Shown here: positions 62,196-64,000 of the stretch, one piece after another
Layout of the letters: every line of letters starts with the position of its first letter
How positions within the stretch are numbered: the stretch's first letter is position 1
From: Azolla caroliniana
Taxonomy: Eukaryota; Plantae; Polypodiophyta
Direction: 5' to 3'
NCBI GenBank assembly: GCA_043228905.1
Contig: JBHGNT010000022.1
Location: 2,418,001-2,482,000 of the forward strand
DNA length: 64,000 nt
Notes under the pieces: generated by a model
Database searches by the model: none
Seen by the model: the letters and a program-made list of their open reading frames with translations, nothing else
Told to the model about the DNA's origin: nothing
Translations under genes and position numbers: made by a program

Positions 62196-62631
62196 TAAAA
62201 TAGAAAATCAGTAATCAGAATTGGTGGCTCTGTCCTTTTCAACATGTATAAGAAATCTTGATAATCTGAGTTGATAATTCTTGATTACAACACTTTGAGA
62301 CAGTAATCTGAAATTTGTAATCTGTCCTTTTCAACATGTATCTGTTTGGAGTTCGAACTCGAACTCAGGATTATCAAGAATTTGATGACATTCAAGTCGA
62401 CCTTAGATGATGGCACTATTCCCCATGTTCCACTACGTTAGACACCAAAGTTCAAACATTTGAGTATTCTCATAAATTAAATGACATGTATTTAACTAAT
62501 AACACATAAAATTTTGTAAACCATCCTTATGTTTTTCCCACAAAAAACTAGCTAAACAAATAGTTAATTAGTTGCGGCCATTTTAGTAGGTAATTAGCTA
62601 TAATAGTGTTTCCACTTGCATGATTTTACCC

Positions 62632-63465
62632 GTTTCTTGATACTCTTCCTAGATGTGGATGATATGTTGATCGTCGGATGAGACCAAGGCAAGATTCGGA
62701 TGCTAAAGAAGGATCTGAACCGGACCTTCTCAATGAAAACAAATCCTGAGGATAAAGGCAAAGAAGATCAAGAGTTCATGTTGATGAAGATCCACAGGAA
62801 GGAGAACGGGTCGGGTATGTTCACTAAGGAGTTGAAAACTGACAAGCTGGACGCGTGCCAAAAGCTGATCGAGTTGACGAGACATCCTGTGCCAGAGTGA
62901 AGGGGGACGTTGTTGGGAAGTCGGTCCCTACAAATGGGATACGGTTATGAATGAAGAGGACACGGTGAGAACCGGACGAGATCCGGAAACCGGATCGGTT
63001 GGACTCGATGAGAACAGGAAGACAAGACATATTTGTAAATATGTTTTGAGTAAGCCTATTGAGGCTATATTTCTAAATAGCCCTAAGTTCATATGAGTAT
63101 AAATATGACCTAGGGAAATCAGAGATAGTGAGTGTTGTCATATTGTTGTATGTGCATAACTGTTGTATAGAGATTGAGAGAGACACAGAGCGATACTCTG
63201 TTGTAACCGCCGGTTGGTGAAGATACAGAGCTCAAGGTCGTTGCCTCCAAGTCTTTGATTCTACCTTTCTCATATAGTGATAGTTTGGAGTCTTTGGGTT
63301 CCCGTGGTTTTTCCCATTTAGGGTTTCCACGTAAACATCATGTGTACTCTCTATTGTTTGTGTGTGTACATGTACTAATCTCCAACCCCATTTCTATGTT
63401 TGATTCTCAAAAAAGTGATTCAAGTCTCGGTTGTGGCCGAGCAATATTCCGCGCTATTTCCTACA
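62632..63465 (+). mobile_element. Tork-like copia 3' fragment with internal deletion and 3' LTR
   Basis: DVDDMLIVG RT fragment fused to an RNase H end (...RHPVPE*); PPT GAAGGGGGA at 62899-62907; LTR 62911-63465 related to the B2/D LTRs. Confidence 0.8.
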
Positions 63466-64000
63466 TCATGAAGGAGTCAAACTTCTAGTACCATTGTCGA
63501 GGGGTTTGCTTCAATCCATATAAGCTCTTCTTTAGCTGGCACATCAGGTGCTCCTTCCCTTTCTTCTCAAATCCTTCCGGTTGATGCATGTAGATCTCTT
63601 CTTCGAGGTCGCCATGTAGGAATGTCGCTTTGACGTCTAGTTGCTCTACCTCGAGTTCTATTCTTGCTGCTATGCTCAATACTATCCGGATTGATGTCAT
63701 CTTTACTTCCGGGGAAAAGATCTCATCGAAATCCACACCTTTCTTCTGCTGGAAACCCTTCACCACGATCCAGGCCTTGTACCTCGGTGGATTTCTGGCA
63801 TCTCCCAGTTTCCACTTGTACACCCACTAATTCCGGAGTACTCTCAATCCTTTCGGCAACTCCGTTAGTTTGTATGTATGGTTCTCATATAGGGAATCCA
63901 TCTCGTCCTGCATGGCACTTAACCACTCACAACTATGGGTGTCTTTCTTTTCTTCTTCGAAGCTTTCCGGCTCTCCCTCATCGGTCAGCAATACGTGCTC
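63466..64000 (-). pseudogene. pol: Tork-like copia RT fragment (host of the previous element)
   Basis: ORF 63485-63823 KGFQQKKGVDFDEIF...LYGLKQTPRQWY. Confidence 0.9.

Larger units (their letters stand above)
49192..62631 (+). mobile_element. Large Sola2-like DNA transposon remnant with a convergent cargo gene (boundaries approximate)
   Basis: Sola2-type transposase motifs; the same palindromic repeat at 49192-50632, 60404-60845 and ~62547-62602; copia sequence resumes at 62632. Confidence 0.6.

Overview
The window is an LTR-retrotransposon-dense, host-gene-free stretch of a land-plant nuclear genome. The element types suggest a seed-free plant such as a fern, but this is inference only. I read it as about 14 nested or truncated elements, most delimited by LTR termini and target-site duplications (TSDs). 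They are: four Athila-like Ty3/gypsy copies (1-4168, 18631-28717, 30269-32378, 42334-49191), the first two with a ~1030-aa extra ORF after pol; two Tcn1-like chromoviruses (degenerate 4916-30120; near-intact 34334-40096 with apparently identical LTRs); Ty1/copia elements of two lineages; a solo LTR (47391-48260); and a large intron-containing Sola2-like DNA transposon (~49192-62631). The Sola2-like element carries a convergent RING plus FCP1-like cargo gene and intronic arrays of the palindrome GTAGCTAATTAGCTAC. The most unusual signals are: (i) a tRNA-derived Pol III A-box/B-box cassette in the LTRs of three different families, which in the two chromoviruses occurs together with Tf1-like self-priming, phased heat-shock elements and a conserved -1 frameshift hairpin; (ii) the Sola2 cargo gene with its palindrome arrays; (iii) the Athila-like extra ORF with a putative internal promoter and no polypurine tract before the 3' LTR. 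Lineage names come from motifs recognised by eye, not from database searches.
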